Assembly (NCBI GenBank): GCA_035510735.1
Contig: DATKGN010000013.1
Location: forward strand, 64,596-128,595
Direction of reading: 5' to 3'
Source of the DNA: Patescibacteria group bacterium
Lineage (GTDB): Bacteria > Patescibacteriota > Microgenomatia > UBA10105 > UBA927
Length of the DNA stretch: 64,000 bases
Below the pieces are notes generated by a model. The model searched no databases. It was not told where the DNA came from and saw nothing but the letters and a program-made list of their open reading frames with translations. Below are positions 9,078 to 19,256 of the stretch, one piece after another (positions within the stretch are counted from its first letter, which is position 1; each line of letters begins with the position of its first letter). The position numbers and the translations under genes are program-made.

Positions 9078-10724
9078 ATGGTAACATTTTTAAAAAGAAA
9101 TATACAATTAATCATTATATTCCTTATTGCTATTGGCCTACGAACGATTCATCTCGGGACAATTCCAAACGGCTTTCATGTTGATGAACTCGACGCAGGG
9201 TACATAGGGAGATACATCTGGACACATGGCAAAGATATTTTGGGCAACTATTTACCCTTTGTATATAACAAATTCGGTGATTACCGGCCGACAGGAATAT
9301 TTTATCTGTCCGGACTTTCCGCACTTATTTTCGGATCAACCGAATTTGCCGTACGATTTCCTGCAGCTCTCATAGGGGGGATCACAGTGGTTGCGATATA
9401 TTTTTTAGCTTTGGAATTCTTTTCAAATAAGTCGATTGCACTTTTTTCTGCAATTCTCTTGGCTGTAATGCCCTGGCATCTCGTGCTTTCCCGGGCAACC
9501 TCAGAAGGCATCATCGGCTTATTTTTTGTGATTCTCGGACTAGGGTTACTCATGAAAAGCTACAGAACCAATTCCCCCAGAATGATGATAGTTGCGGGAT
9601 TATCCCTTATTGCAAGTTATCTGTTTTATCATCCTTTTCGGATTCTCGTTCCGCTGTGCCTCCTCCCCCTATTATTTACCCCCGGACGGCATAAACATAT
9701 TAAGCTCGCTTCAATAATTCTGTTTTGCCTTGCATCTTTCTTCACCTTACTCACCGTATTTACAGTCGCCGGAAACGGAAGACTCAATCAGGTCGCTTTT
9801 TACCAAAACCCTGATCTGGCGACATTAACACAGGATCTCATCGCCGGAGAAGGCCCGAATAATGTCTTAGAGGCGCGTATTTTCCATAACAAAATCGTCG
9901 CATTTACCCAGGAATTTGTGAAACAATACTCAAGCTATTTTTCTACTGAATTTTTAATACAAACCGGCGGATTACCCAAACGATATGCCGTTCCTCAGGA
10001 GGGACTTATCTACGTTTCATTTTTTGTACTGTTCATCATAGGATTACTCACAATAATCTCGTATAAGGTGAAATGGAAGAGTTTATACATATTATACCTT
10101 CTGGTAATCGCCCCACTGCCCGCTGCCGTCACGTACGAAGATACTCCGAACATTCACCGGGCTGTATTTTTGATACTCCCTATTATTCTTCTCACCGCAT
10201 ATGGGTTGTATAGACTGCTGGATTTAGTAAAATCGAAAACAAAGAATTATATATTTCTTCTCATCATTGTGCTGTGTATTATTTCAGTCGAAACGATCAA
10301 TTTCTGGCACTACTACACGATTTTTGCACCATCGTCTGAAAGTTATTCACGTGATGATGGGTTGGCTCAGCTTGTACAATTAGCATACGCGGAAAAGGGA
10401 AAATACAAATATATTTATCTCCCAGGATATGAAAACCTTCCGCTGTATTATCTATTTTATACATCAGATTATCAAAACATACACTTCCGGAATAACCCAA
10501 ATGATGTTCTTCTTGATAAAATAGACAATGTCATATTCGTACCCGACTGGTGCTCCACGCGTTATCTTAGATGGAAAAATCTTCTTGCCCCGTCAACGCT
10601 TATTATAGACAGAGATGATTGTGAAGGATTTACCGGTATCGGGAAAATTGGTGAAATCGATAGAAAAGATTTAACGAAAGCATTCAAACTTCTCAGATTT
10701 ATCCCTGAAGAATACCATAAATAA
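9078..10724 (+). CDS. GT39 / PMT_2-family glycosyltransferase, paralog 2.
   Basis: The loop 'LRTIHLGTIPNGFHVDELDAGYIGRYIW...FGDYRPTG' is the same DE-motif loop as in 2507..4183. It is 548 aa and polytopic. Confidence 0.7.
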   Translation: MVTFLKRNIQLIIIFLIAIGLRTIHLGTIPNGFHVDELDAGYIGRYIWTHGKDILGNYLPFVYNKFGDYRPTGIFYLSGLSALIFGSTEFAVRFPAALIGGITVVAIYFLALEFFSNKSIALFSAILLAVMPWHLVLSRATSEGIIGLFFVILGLGLLMKSYRTNSPRMMIVAGLSLIASYLFYHPFRILVPLCLLPLLFTPGRHKHIKLASIILFCLASFFTLLTVFTVAGNGRLNQVAFYQNPDLATLTQDLIAGEGPNNVLEARIFHNKIVAFTQEFVKQYSSYFSTEFLIQTGGLPKRYAVPQEGLIYVSFFVLFIIGLLTIISYKVKWKSLYILYLLVIAPLPAAVTYEDTPNIHRAVFLILPIILLTAYGLYRLLDLVKSKTKNYIFLLIIVLCIISVETINFWHYYTIFAPSSESYSRDDGLAQLVQLAYAEKGKYKYIYLPGYENLPLYYLFYTSDYQNIHFRNNPNDVLLDKIDNVIFVPDWCSTRYLRWKNLLAPSTLIIDRDDCEGFTGIGKIGEIDRKDLTKAFKLLRFIPEEYHK

Positions 10725-12686
10725 CTAATACATAATCTGATAAATTGCACCGCCAGACGTGGTAACTATCTTACGGAAATGATTATCACCGTCAAACCAC
10801 ACGGGTTGATTTTCCGTCAATATATACCGGACATGATACGTACGATACAACATATCTAATGCCGCGAGTGATCTGGTCCGTGCCAAAGATGCTACAGAAA
10901 ATTGAGCTGACATGAATGACTCGGCTATAGGTAAACGATTCTTCCACAACTCATCATAGCGAAACTGAACGACTTCACCGCCAAGAAATATCCGTTTACC
11001 TGCAAAAGCCGGAACATACGGCAGGGAAATGTACTTCGCCCATGACGTAAACTCTGCTGCCGAGTATTTCTGCATTTTCGGTAATTCCAATACCACATCT
11101 GAATATGATCCGATTGATGCTAACTCTGTATAGAATACCAAGTGAGCTTTCGAAACGGGTATACGGTCGTCATTCATAATGAAATTTAATTTCCAAATTG
11201 CAGAGGGAAGTGTTCCTAAAATAATAATCACGGCAGCTATCACGGCGACAGTTTTGGAGAGTTTTTCTACGATTCTTCCGATGCCAATACCGCACAAAAT
11301 ACCGATAAATACCATAAAATACCAAAAAAACTGAATCATGTTATACGCCCCAATGGGTTGAATAAACAACATGGGCATAATAAAGGATATGCATAATGTG
11401 AGTAGTATTGCCCATGTAAGCGTATTAAACTTTTTCGGAAACGGAATAAATCCAAAAAAACCGATAATCCGTGTTCCGATATTTCCCAATAGAAAAAAAA
11501 CAACTGCTTCGAATTCTAATTTTAGGACGCCTTTCACACTGCCTATAGCAAGAAGCGTCTGTCTTTTAAGCTCCCAATTCGTAAAATTCAATGTTCCCTG
11601 CATAACTCTGTTAGGCGGCCAGAGAAACTCGAATATGAGAAAACCGTATGACGCATTAAGGGGAAAGAAAACTAAGGCGCTAACAATCCCGCTTAGAATA
11701 AGAATGAGAAGCATCACCCATTGCTTTTTAAATACACCGTCGTAAAGGCAAATAAAACTTAATGTCCCCATAACGATGACACCTGCGTACACTTTAATTC
11801 CAACACTCACACCGGAAAGCAGTACAATCAACAACCCGATTAACCAACTTTTCCTGTGAATAAATTCACAAAGAAGTAAATACGTCCAAATAAGAACAAC
11901 GATAGATAACGTTACTGAGGGGCTAAGTAATAACGAAATTGGCTGTGTAATTCCGAAGCTGTCATCGAAACTTAAGGGTCTGTGATATATGTATGGCAGG
12001 ATAAATGAAAAACTACCGCCGAAAATAGCGAAAAAAGTTCCCCATAACGCCAGACTCTTCTTACGACACAATGCCTCGGCAAGTGCGTAAATTCCATAAA
12101 CAAATAAAAGGGACATCAGGATTGCTGCGAAGTGATAATGAAGATTGAGGATTGATATGGGAACAATTCGCGCTATCTCTCCAATCCAAAGATTATAAAA
12201 AATGTGATAACCCTTGAGAGGTGCTCCTGCTATGGACGGGTGCTGCGGCGGAAAATTTTCTTTCAACTCCCTCGCAAGGGCTATGTTCCATATCCCATCC
12301 TGACCGTTAACCGAGCGCAGTAATAAACCATTTGGCACAATCCAACCGCTCGTTACAACGGACAATGAAAAAACAAAGGCGAATATCAACAGAAGTACAT
12401 GGGGAGCTTCCCAACCAGTTTGTATTTTCTTCCACCATCTTTTCCATCGGAGAAATGCGATAACGTCAAAAACTGCTAACGTAATTGGCCCGCCTATCCG
12501 GAAACCAGCCATCCCAAAGCCGTAGGCCAGACCGATCATTAAGACTATTCCAACTGTTAAACCAAGCGTTACACGACGCCAGCCGGAATACGGAATCGAT
12601 CCGAAAGAAAATATTCCCTCCGCAGGCATTAACATCAGAAATATGACCGCGAAGGAAAAAAGAAGAAAATCGATAATAAAATTCAT
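10725..12686 (-). CDS. Large polytopic membrane protein (653 aa) with a C-terminal extracytoplasmic domain. Family unknown. It is a candidate GT-C or Wzy-like polymerase/ligase partner of the flippase.
   Basis: The ORF is uninterrupted with about 14 hydrophobic segments. It sits inside the glycosylation island directly upstream of a GT2 and is convergent with GT39-2, with zero gap. Confidence 0.5.
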   Translation of the reverse strand: MNFIIDFLLFSFAVIFLMLMPAEGIFSFGSIPYSGWRRVTLGLTVGIVLMIGLAYGFGMAGFRIGGPITLAVFDVIAFLRWKRWWKKIQTGWEAPHVLLLIFAFVFSLSVVTSGWIVPNGLLLRSVNGQDGIWNIALARELKENFPPQHPSIAGAPLKGYHIFYNLWIGEIARIVPISILNLHYHFAAILMSLLFVYGIYALAEALCRKKSLALWGTFFAIFGGSFSFILPYIYHRPLSFDDSFGITQPISLLLSPSVTLSIVVLIWTYLLLCEFIHRKSWLIGLLIVLLSGVSVGIKVYAGVIVMGTLSFICLYDGVFKKQWVMLLILILSGIVSALVFFPLNASYGFLIFEFLWPPNRVMQGTLNFTNWELKRQTLLAIGSVKGVLKLEFEAVVFFLLGNIGTRIIGFFGFIPFPKKFNTLTWAILLTLCISFIMPMLFIQPIGAYNMIQFFWYFMVFIGILCGIGIGRIVEKLSKTVAVIAAVIIILGTLPSAIWKLNFIMNDDRIPVSKAHLVFYTELASIGSYSDVVLELPKMQKYSAAEFTSWAKYISLPYVPAFAGKRIFLGGEVVQFRYDELWKNRLPIAESFMSAQFSVASLARTRSLAALDMLYRTYHVRYILTENQPVWFDGDNHFRKIVTTSGGAIYQIMY

Positions 12687-12698
12687 GTGTGCGATTAA

Positions 12699-13619
12699 CT
12701 AGAGAGCTAAATCCTTATCAGAACGCTTCCATTTTGCTTTTAGCGCTTGCCGCTTTTTGAGAGCGGAAGGAAGCATGCCCAGTGCAAGAAAAAATCCCTG
12801 AATATGTATGAAATCGCCACGAAATAACGACTGACACAGTCGAACCGGTGTCCAAAAAACATGATCTATCATTATTGACAGATCGGTCAGATTTTTCCAA
12901 ATAAAAATAAATTGGTTACGGTATGCTATTCGTTTTACATCATCGGGAGTAAATTCACTCTTAATTTTTCCCTCTTCATGATAGTGATTCACAATGCTCT
13001 TCGGTTCAAAGATTATATCCCAACCCATCTTCCGGGCGCGATATGACAAATCAATATCTTCCCAGTAAAAGGGATTAAACAACTTATCCATGCTGTCCAG
13101 CTCACTCCATATGGATCTCCGGAAAGCTGCGCTTCCGCCAGAGGCCCACGCCGTATCACTTCCACCCACATCACCCCGCGAATGAATATAATATCCCTTT
13201 TCCCAATGGGCTAATCCACGACCACGCAGAATAACGCCGCCATTCTCAAAACTCCGTTCCAGACAACCTACGGCAAATACCCTGGAATCAGAAAAATGCT
13301 GAAGAAGCGGCGGCAAAAAATCTTTATCCGGCTCAACATCAGTGTTAAGAAGAATAACGATATCACCTGTTGCTTTTAAAACGCCGGAATTAACGTTCCC
13401 GGCAAAACCTTCGCGTTTTGTATTAGCGACAACGACGACATTCGGGAAACTGTTACGTAAATATTCTACTGACCCATCAGAAGACATATCGTCAGCAACG
13501 ACGATTTCCGCTTTTGGGGCCGCCAAAATAACATTCTTCAGATGCTTTTTCATTAGATAAACACCGTTCCAGTTCGGGATGACGATTGAAACGCTCAGGG
13601 GATGATTATTATTTTTCAT
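12699..13619 (-). CDS. GT2 glycosyltransferase, rhamnosyltransferase (WbbL)-like.
   Basis: 'VSIVIPNWNG...VVADDMSSDGS...LLNTDVEPDKDFL' carries the GT2 DXD and N-terminal signatures. It is a paralog of 19983..20915. Confidence 0.75.
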   Translation of the reverse strand: MKNNNHPLSVSIVIPNWNGVYLMKKHLKNVILAAPKAEIVVADDMSSDGSVEYLRNSFPNVVVVANTKREGFAGNVNSGVLKATGDIVILLNTDVEPDKDFLPPLLQHFSDSRVFAVGCLERSFENGGVILRGRGLAHWEKGYYIHSRGDVGGSDTAWASGGSAAFRRSIWSELDSMDKLFNPFYWEDIDLSYRARKMGWDIIFEPKSIVNHYHEEGKIKSEFTPDDVKRIAYRNQFIFIWKNLTDLSIMIDHVFWTPVRLCQSLFRGDFIHIQGFFLALGMLPSALKKRQALKAKWKRSDKDLAL

Positions 13620-13630
13620 AAACTTTGAAA

Positions 13631-15889
13631 TTAACGGTATATTAGATCAACTGAATGAGACCCTGTTGGCACGAGAACACCCATGAAAACATAATTCGTA
13701 CGGTATATCGCTGTAGCTTTCTTGTCAATGTATGCATGCCAGCCGGAAATATAGGAATTACTCACAACGAGTAACCTCGGTACCATCGTACTCACCTTAA
13801 AAGAAATCTGATCATCAGCATACCGTTTTATCTCAACTGTTTCCGAGGTTGTAAGCGGAACATTGATAGTTTGTACGGGATATTCTACAACTGCGGATAT
13901 ACCTGGTTTGAACGCCGGATTGTAAAGTTTATTCATGATGGCTTGTTTATTTATCAAAAATATCGGCTGCTCTACTAGATACGCCCGCGGGAGGAAATTT
14001 GGGGCCACAAACAACATTGTTTTTCCTTCAGTCAGTACTTTTTGAAATCCCATTCGACTTAAATCATCAAACGAAAGAACATATTGAACGTTGAATAATG
14101 GAAGAAGCGGCGATTGCACATTTTTCGGCACGAGGATGCGGTTAAAACCGAATGGTGGAGAAATATTCGGTGACCCCCGCCCCATAGCGGCAGCAAATTC
14201 CTCATACCGTGATGAATAAAGGGGATCGTATCCGTTAATCGATTCAATTCCGTAAAATTCATTAACGTTCGGCGGTAATATTCTGTCATCCGTCGTCATA
14301 ATACGAAATGGCTTCGGTTGCTTCTGCAGGTATGAAATAATTTTTGTCGTCGGGAAAAAATAGGAAGTGTCTGTAAAGGGCGTAAATTTCCATCCGAATC
14401 TGAATAGGTCGACAACAGTGAACAATATAATACATGAAGTTAACAACGGCAAAAATTTATTATGACGCTTTAACGTAATCAGTAACATAAGGAGCAGGCC
14501 TGATCCGATAAATATAACGGTGGGCACTACGAGGTTACGTTTTATTAAAATAACCTTATCGAGTGGAATACCGAATAATTTCGGGGCAAACGCGCCAAAC
14601 CACAAAACAACCAACAGAAGGAATAGAACCGAAACCCATTGAAATGCTTTTTTATGTTTTATAGTATCCGTTATCGCAGATAATCCGTATGCGGCAAGCA
14701 CCGAGAGACTAAAATCAATGATGACCAATAGTCTTGTCGGCTGTAAAGATGAAATGAGCGGGAGATGAAGCTGAAATGGCAAATAGGCAACCGGTGATGC
14801 TACAGCAAAAAGCAAGCTGATGATGACCATGAATAGCCAAAACATGGTTTGTGACCCTATCCCGATGAGCGCCAATAGTAGCCCCCCAACTCCGACATAT
14901 CCAACCATTTCACCATAATTCCACATTCCCCAATAATTGAGTGTTGCTGGATTTCCAAAATAATCGGGAGCAATAAATTGAACGAGATGCCGGAAGGGAA
15001 TAAAAAATCCTTCGGATTGCCATGCAGAACTTGTGAGTAGTCGACTTGTCTGAGGAAACCATTCAATAATTCTGAACATCTGCGGAGCTATCAGAATGTA
15101 TACGACGCACAAGCCAGTGAGATACATATAGGAATTCCGTAATAGAAATGCGCGTCTGTGGAACCATAAGGTGTATAAAACAATGAAAAGGGTGCTATAG
15201 AGAAAAATCTGACTGTGACCTGCGAAAAACGAGCATGCGATCGATAATCCCGCAATAAAAGCCCAAACCATTCGATTCCTGTTCTTCTCGTCAAAAATGT
15301 TATCGACCGCAAGTAGAGTCAACGGAGTCCACAACCATGAGGAAATCATTGTCCCCCATGTTAACCATGCAATAGAAAATCCGGAAAACGAAAAACAAAT
15401 TGCACCGAACAATGAGGGCAAGTTGCCTAATTTCTTATGACGCAGATATATATACAAAAATATTCCTGACAACAACGGCTGACTTATGATAAGCATCGTC
15501 CAGGCAGCCGCAAACGGAAATAATAAAAATAATATATTTAACGGATAAAGTGCACCGCTTTGTATGTTTGCTAAAAGCGGAGCTCCTGAGAAAGAATACG
15601 GGTCCCACAAGGATATCTTTCCCTGCCGCAGAGAATCGGTGAATGATTTGCGCCAGGGAATTTGCTGGCGGATGGGATCAGTGATAAGAAAATTTTTGAA
15701 GGGTATACCATTTGGATATTGAACCGCATAGGCATCTCTATAGGGTGAATAGAGTCCGACAAGAGCATCGGAAGGAACGGGCAACTTACCAAATACAATC
15801 GTCCGGTAAAAAAATACGCCCACGATAACCGTAAAAAGTAATACAAAAATCCAGTCGCTAAAACGTTTCAAACGTAATAATGATTTCAT
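13631..15889 (-). CDS. YfhO-family membrane protein, paralog 3.
   Basis: It carries 'LWDPYSFSGAPLLANIQSGALYP' and the C-terminal 'YISGWHAYIDKKATAIYRTNYVFMGVLVPTGSHSVDLIY' block. Its start overlaps the stop of the upstream GT4 by 4 nt. Confidence 0.7.
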   Translation of the reverse strand: MKSLLRLKRFSDWIFVLLFTVIVGVFFYRTIVFGKLPVPSDALVGLYSPYRDAYAVQYPNGIPFKNFLITDPIRQQIPWRKSFTDSLRQGKISLWDPYSFSGAPLLANIQSGALYPLNILFLLFPFAAAWTMLIISQPLLSGIFLYIYLRHKKLGNLPSLFGAICFSFSGFSIAWLTWGTMISSWLWTPLTLLAVDNIFDEKNRNRMVWAFIAGLSIACSFFAGHSQIFLYSTLFIVLYTLWFHRRAFLLRNSYMYLTGLCVVYILIAPQMFRIIEWFPQTSRLLTSSAWQSEGFFIPFRHLVQFIAPDYFGNPATLNYWGMWNYGEMVGYVGVGGLLLALIGIGSQTMFWLFMVIISLLFAVASPVAYLPFQLHLPLISSLQPTRLLVIIDFSLSVLAAYGLSAITDTIKHKKAFQWVSVLFLLLVVLWFGAFAPKLFGIPLDKVILIKRNLVVPTVIFIGSGLLLMLLITLKRHNKFLPLLTSCIILFTVVDLFRFGWKFTPFTDTSYFFPTTKIISYLQKQPKPFRIMTTDDRILPPNVNEFYGIESINGYDPLYSSRYEEFAAAMGRGSPNISPPFGFNRILVPKNVQSPLLPLFNVQYVLSFDDLSRMGFQKVLTEGKTMLFVAPNFLPRAYLVEQPIFLINKQAIMNKLYNPAFKPGISAVVEYPVQTINVPLTTSETVEIKRYADDQISFKVSTMVPRLLVVSNSYISGWHAYIDKKATAIYRTNYVFMGVLVPTGSHSVDLIYR

Positions 15890-16950
15890 ATTATTTTATT
15901 TGTACCCGTTATATCTAATAATAATGCATCAAATGACCGGCAAAATCGGTCCTTCGTGAATGCGGTTGAACTTTTGAGAGCAGCCGCTGCCATGGCGCTT
16001 CGTAGCTCCGTATTTTTAATGAGTGTCGTGGTTTCCTGGATCAGCTCCTCCGTTGTATTCCAGAGGAATCCGCTTTTCCGATTCGCAATTATTTCCGGTT
16101 GCCCCCCTCCGTCAAAAACGACCGGTACGGCTCCTGCTGCCATGGCCTCAACTGTCGTTATTCCGAAATGCTCCATATGTTCCGGTTTTGTTTCCCCGTA
16201 GCCTGCTGCATGCCAATAGATAGAAGCGGCGGAATAGTGAGTATTAAGCGTTTCGTACGAACAATTAGGGTAAAATTCGACGGGCAAGCCTTTTGCTTTC
16301 AGTTTCAGGGAATTGAAATAGTCGGTATCACTTGATAATAATCCACCCGCAATGACAAGCTTCCACCCCTTTAAGAGCGGGCTCTTATATAGTTTACGGA
16401 ATGTCTCGATGAGCACATTCTGTTTCTTTGCTCCATAATGCCCGTTAAATCTGCCGACTGACAAAAGTATCTTCGATTTTCTGCCGGGCTTTAGTGCGCT
16501 CACATCAACAGGCGGGTAAATAACCGTTCTGGGGATGACAAGGTGAGGATCAAGGTGCTTTTTCGTAAATTCCGAATTGCATACAATCCGCTGATAACGG
16601 AATGCTTTCCAAAAAGGCATCGAAATATGAGAAAACGGCACCTGAAAATGAAGTATATTGTATTTTGCAGCAGATAATGGAATACTTCCGTCACTCAGGA
16701 AAAAAATAAGATCGTATGAGCTCGTGGTCATTAACTTCCCAATACTATTTCCCAACTGGAACACATTTGCGACAATACTCACTTTTGCTAGGTCAATACT
16801 AAATCTCTTTTGAACCTCAGCTTTCACTTTATTATCATCCCAGAACACGCTAACATTGTGTATTTGGGACCAATGTTCAGCCAGGCTAAACACATAACGC
16901 TCCCCTCCTCCAAGAGAATCTAAATATGGACTATATATACCGATTTTCAT
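15886..16950 (-). CDS. GT4 (GT-B fold) glycosyltransferase.
   Basis: The C-terminal block 'GITTVEAMAAGAVPVVFDGGGQPEII' matches the EX7E-type GT4 motif. The protein is 354 aa. Confidence 0.75.
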   Translation of the reverse strand: MKIGIYSPYLDSLGGGERYVFSLAEHWSQIHNVSVFWDDNKVKAEVQKRFSIDLAKVSIVANVFQLGNSIGKLMTTSSYDLIFFLSDGSIPLSAAKYNILHFQVPFSHISMPFWKAFRYQRIVCNSEFTKKHLDPHLVIPRTVIYPPVDVSALKPGRKSKILLSVGRFNGHYGAKKQNVLIETFRKLYKSPLLKGWKLVIAGGLLSSDTDYFNSLKLKAKGLPVEFYPNCSYETLNTHYSAASIYWHAAGYGETKPEHMEHFGITTVEAMAAGAVPVVFDGGGQPEIIANRKSGFLWNTTEELIQETTTLIKNTELRSAMAAAALKSSTAFTKDRFCRSFDALLLDITGTNKII

Positions 16951-19256
16951 ATTACGGAAGCTAAAAACACTCCAGAAAATATTATTACAAAACCCATTAC
17001 GGCAAACATAAATCCGACACGCAGGCTATCCGGAAAATAAACAAATTGAACGATATGACCACCGGCCGGGATGGCCACCGCACGAAAATCATAGTCTGCG
17101 CGATAGATCTCCGATGGCTTACCATCAACAGTCGCGTGCCATCCCGGATCAAATACATCCGACAAAAAAAGCAATTTTGGAACTACTGAAGAAGTTTTTA
17201 CGGTCACGTTGTTTGGTTTGTAGGACACAATATCCGCTGACCCTGAACCGATTCTCGGCTTAATCGCAGGCTCCTTCTCAAGTATCAATGATTCTCTCCG
17301 ATCAAAAGTGCTATCGAAAAGCGTTTGAATAATTGCGGTGTCACTTTGAATGGTCGTAAAGGACGAAGCAAGAAAGGCCCGTGGGTAAGCCTTTACATAT
17401 TCAAATATCTCATAGCTGTTATCAGAGTAAATTTGTTTCATAGATGAATCAGGTAAATATTCCCAAAATGGAAATGCCCAAATATTTCTCCCGTCGCTAA
17501 TCCTGTGGTAAATATAACGGACGCCTAACAGTTGAAGTATATCTGTTTTATATATTCCCTCTTTATCAAATAACACGACGGAACGGCCTCCGGGGGAAAT
17601 ATACCCGTTTGACGATGCATTAATGAACTGTGCGTAGCGGCCCTGATAGAGAGCGTCATATCCTTCGATAAGCGGCAAATGGAACGTTCCTCCTACTTCA
17701 TTCCCGATGTTACCGAACACCCGGTCATTCCCGATTTTCGATTGAAGAACCATCAATGATTTTTCTTCGGGATAAATATACTGCCTGGGGTCAAACGGCA
17801 TCCACTTCGTTACGAACCGGTACGAATCAAAAAGGATCAATCCCAAAATAAGACCTGTTACGACGACACGCATATATTTTTGCTTTAAAGATCCCGCAAA
17901 CATTAACACAAAAGTTACGATTGCAAACAGCGTTGGCAATACGAAGTTTCTCTTCGCGATTGTTAATTTATCTATGGGTAATGGTTTTCCTAATAACAGA
18001 AATACCCAGAGAAAAATAACAACGAACAGAGCAATAACTATAAATCGAATCGGAGATTTTTTTCCGAACCGCCAATAGTCTACAAGTTCATCAAATCCAT
18101 AAGACGCAAGCACGGTAAGAGAAAAACTAAACAGTACGATAATTCTTGAAGCCGCGCTCGTTGATAGTGCCGGTATTTTCAGCCGGAATAGAAGGTCATT
18201 AACCGGCGTCGGATACGCAAGAAGTAATGCCAAAGCGGCGAGAGTAATAAAAAATTTCTTGTCCGATTTAAAATTCCTCACACTCCCGAAAACCGCTAAA
18301 AGAAAAGGCACAACTCCTATATAGGAAGACCATTCCGCATAATGTCCGAACCAGTCGTTCCGTGTCACCGGATTGCCGAAGAAATCCGGTGCGAATGTGG
18401 TCACGATATATTGCCAGGGAATTACCTCTAATTTTGCATAACTCGCCCCCCGTGTTGACGCCCTATACGCATCAAGTGTTAGCAATAATTGCGGTGCAGC
18501 AATAAATAATCCGCCGATACTATAAAGAAGCAATGCGGCCCCCTGCAACCACTTGCGGGAATCTGCAGCTTTAAAAATGATATATAACACCACCGTCGCC
18601 ATCACATACAGGCTGATCTGAAAATGCCCCGAAACGAACGATAATGCAACGCTTGCTGCGAGAATTAAGCGGGCTATTGATGATTTCCTAATAAAGTCAG
18701 TTGTGACTGCCCATAAAGACCATGGGAGAAATGCTATAGCGTAACCAAGCGTGCCGTATGCCATCCAGGTTGTCATAAAGCCGCAAAACATAAATCCTAT
18801 GGCTCCGATAAGTGCCCCTGTTTTTGACCGGGAGAGTCTTCTTACAAACAAATAGGTTCCAATACCTGCTATGAGAGGTTGCAGAAGAATGAGAACGCTC
18901 CATGCATCAATAAACGGAAGAATCATAAATAGCAGGTTCATCGGGGAAAATACAGCCGATTGATAGTTAGCTGCAAGCGGAGTACCGGAGAAACTATAAG
19001 GATTCCAAAGCGGTATTGCCCCGTTCTTCCAGATATCGATAGTAAGTTTTCTCCAGGGATACATCTGAGATATCACATCCGGCATCGCATTATTTTTGAC
19101 AGGCATACCGTTCATGGCATTCCAAGGAGGAAAAAATGTAACTAAATATTTCGACGGAAACGGGATAAGTCCGCGGACAAAATACGGTGAGGAAAAAACA
19201 AACCAAAGAATGATAATCACGATAATCGGCCAAAATCTCGTAAGGAATTGTCTCAT
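16947..19256 (-). CDS. YfhO-family membrane protein, paralog 4.
   Basis: It carries 'LWNPYSFSGTPLAANYQSAVFSP' and the C-terminal 'FDPGWHATVDGKPSEIYRADYDFRAVAIPAGGHIVQFVYFP' block. The start was moved to the internal ATG (MRQFL...) at 19254-19256, which forms an ATGA overlap with the upstream GT2 stop. The track ORF extends to 19280. Confidence 0.7.
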   Translation of the reverse strand: MRQFLTRFWPIIVIIILWFVFSSPYFVRGLIPFPSKYLVTFFPPWNAMNGMPVKNNAMPDVISQMYPWRKLTIDIWKNGAIPLWNPYSFSGTPLAANYQSAVFSPMNLLFMILPFIDAWSVLILLQPLIAGIGTYLFVRRLSRSKTGALIGAIGFMFCGFMTTWMAYGTLGYAIAFLPWSLWAVTTDFIRKSSIARLILAASVALSFVSGHFQISLYVMATVVLYIIFKAADSRKWLQGAALLLYSIGGLFIAAPQLLLTLDAYRASTRGASYAKLEVIPWQYIVTTFAPDFFGNPVTRNDWFGHYAEWSSYIGVVPFLLAVFGSVRNFKSDKKFFITLAALALLLAYPTPVNDLLFRLKIPALSTSAASRIIVLFSFSLTVLASYGFDELVDYWRFGKKSPIRFIVIALFVVIFLWVFLLLGKPLPIDKLTIAKRNFVLPTLFAIVTFVLMFAGSLKQKYMRVVVTGLILGLILFDSYRFVTKWMPFDPRQYIYPEEKSLMVLQSKIGNDRVFGNIGNEVGGTFHLPLIEGYDALYQGRYAQFINASSNGYISPGGRSVVLFDKEGIYKTDILQLLGVRYIYHRISDGRNIWAFPFWEYLPDSSMKQIYSDNSYEIFEYVKAYPRAFLASSFTTIQSDTAIIQTLFDSTFDRRESLILEKEPAIKPRIGSGSADIVSYKPNNVTVKTSSVVPKLLFLSDVFDPGWHATVDGKPSEIYRADYDFRAVAIPAGGHIVQFVYFPDSLRVGFMFAVMGFVIIFSGVFLASVI

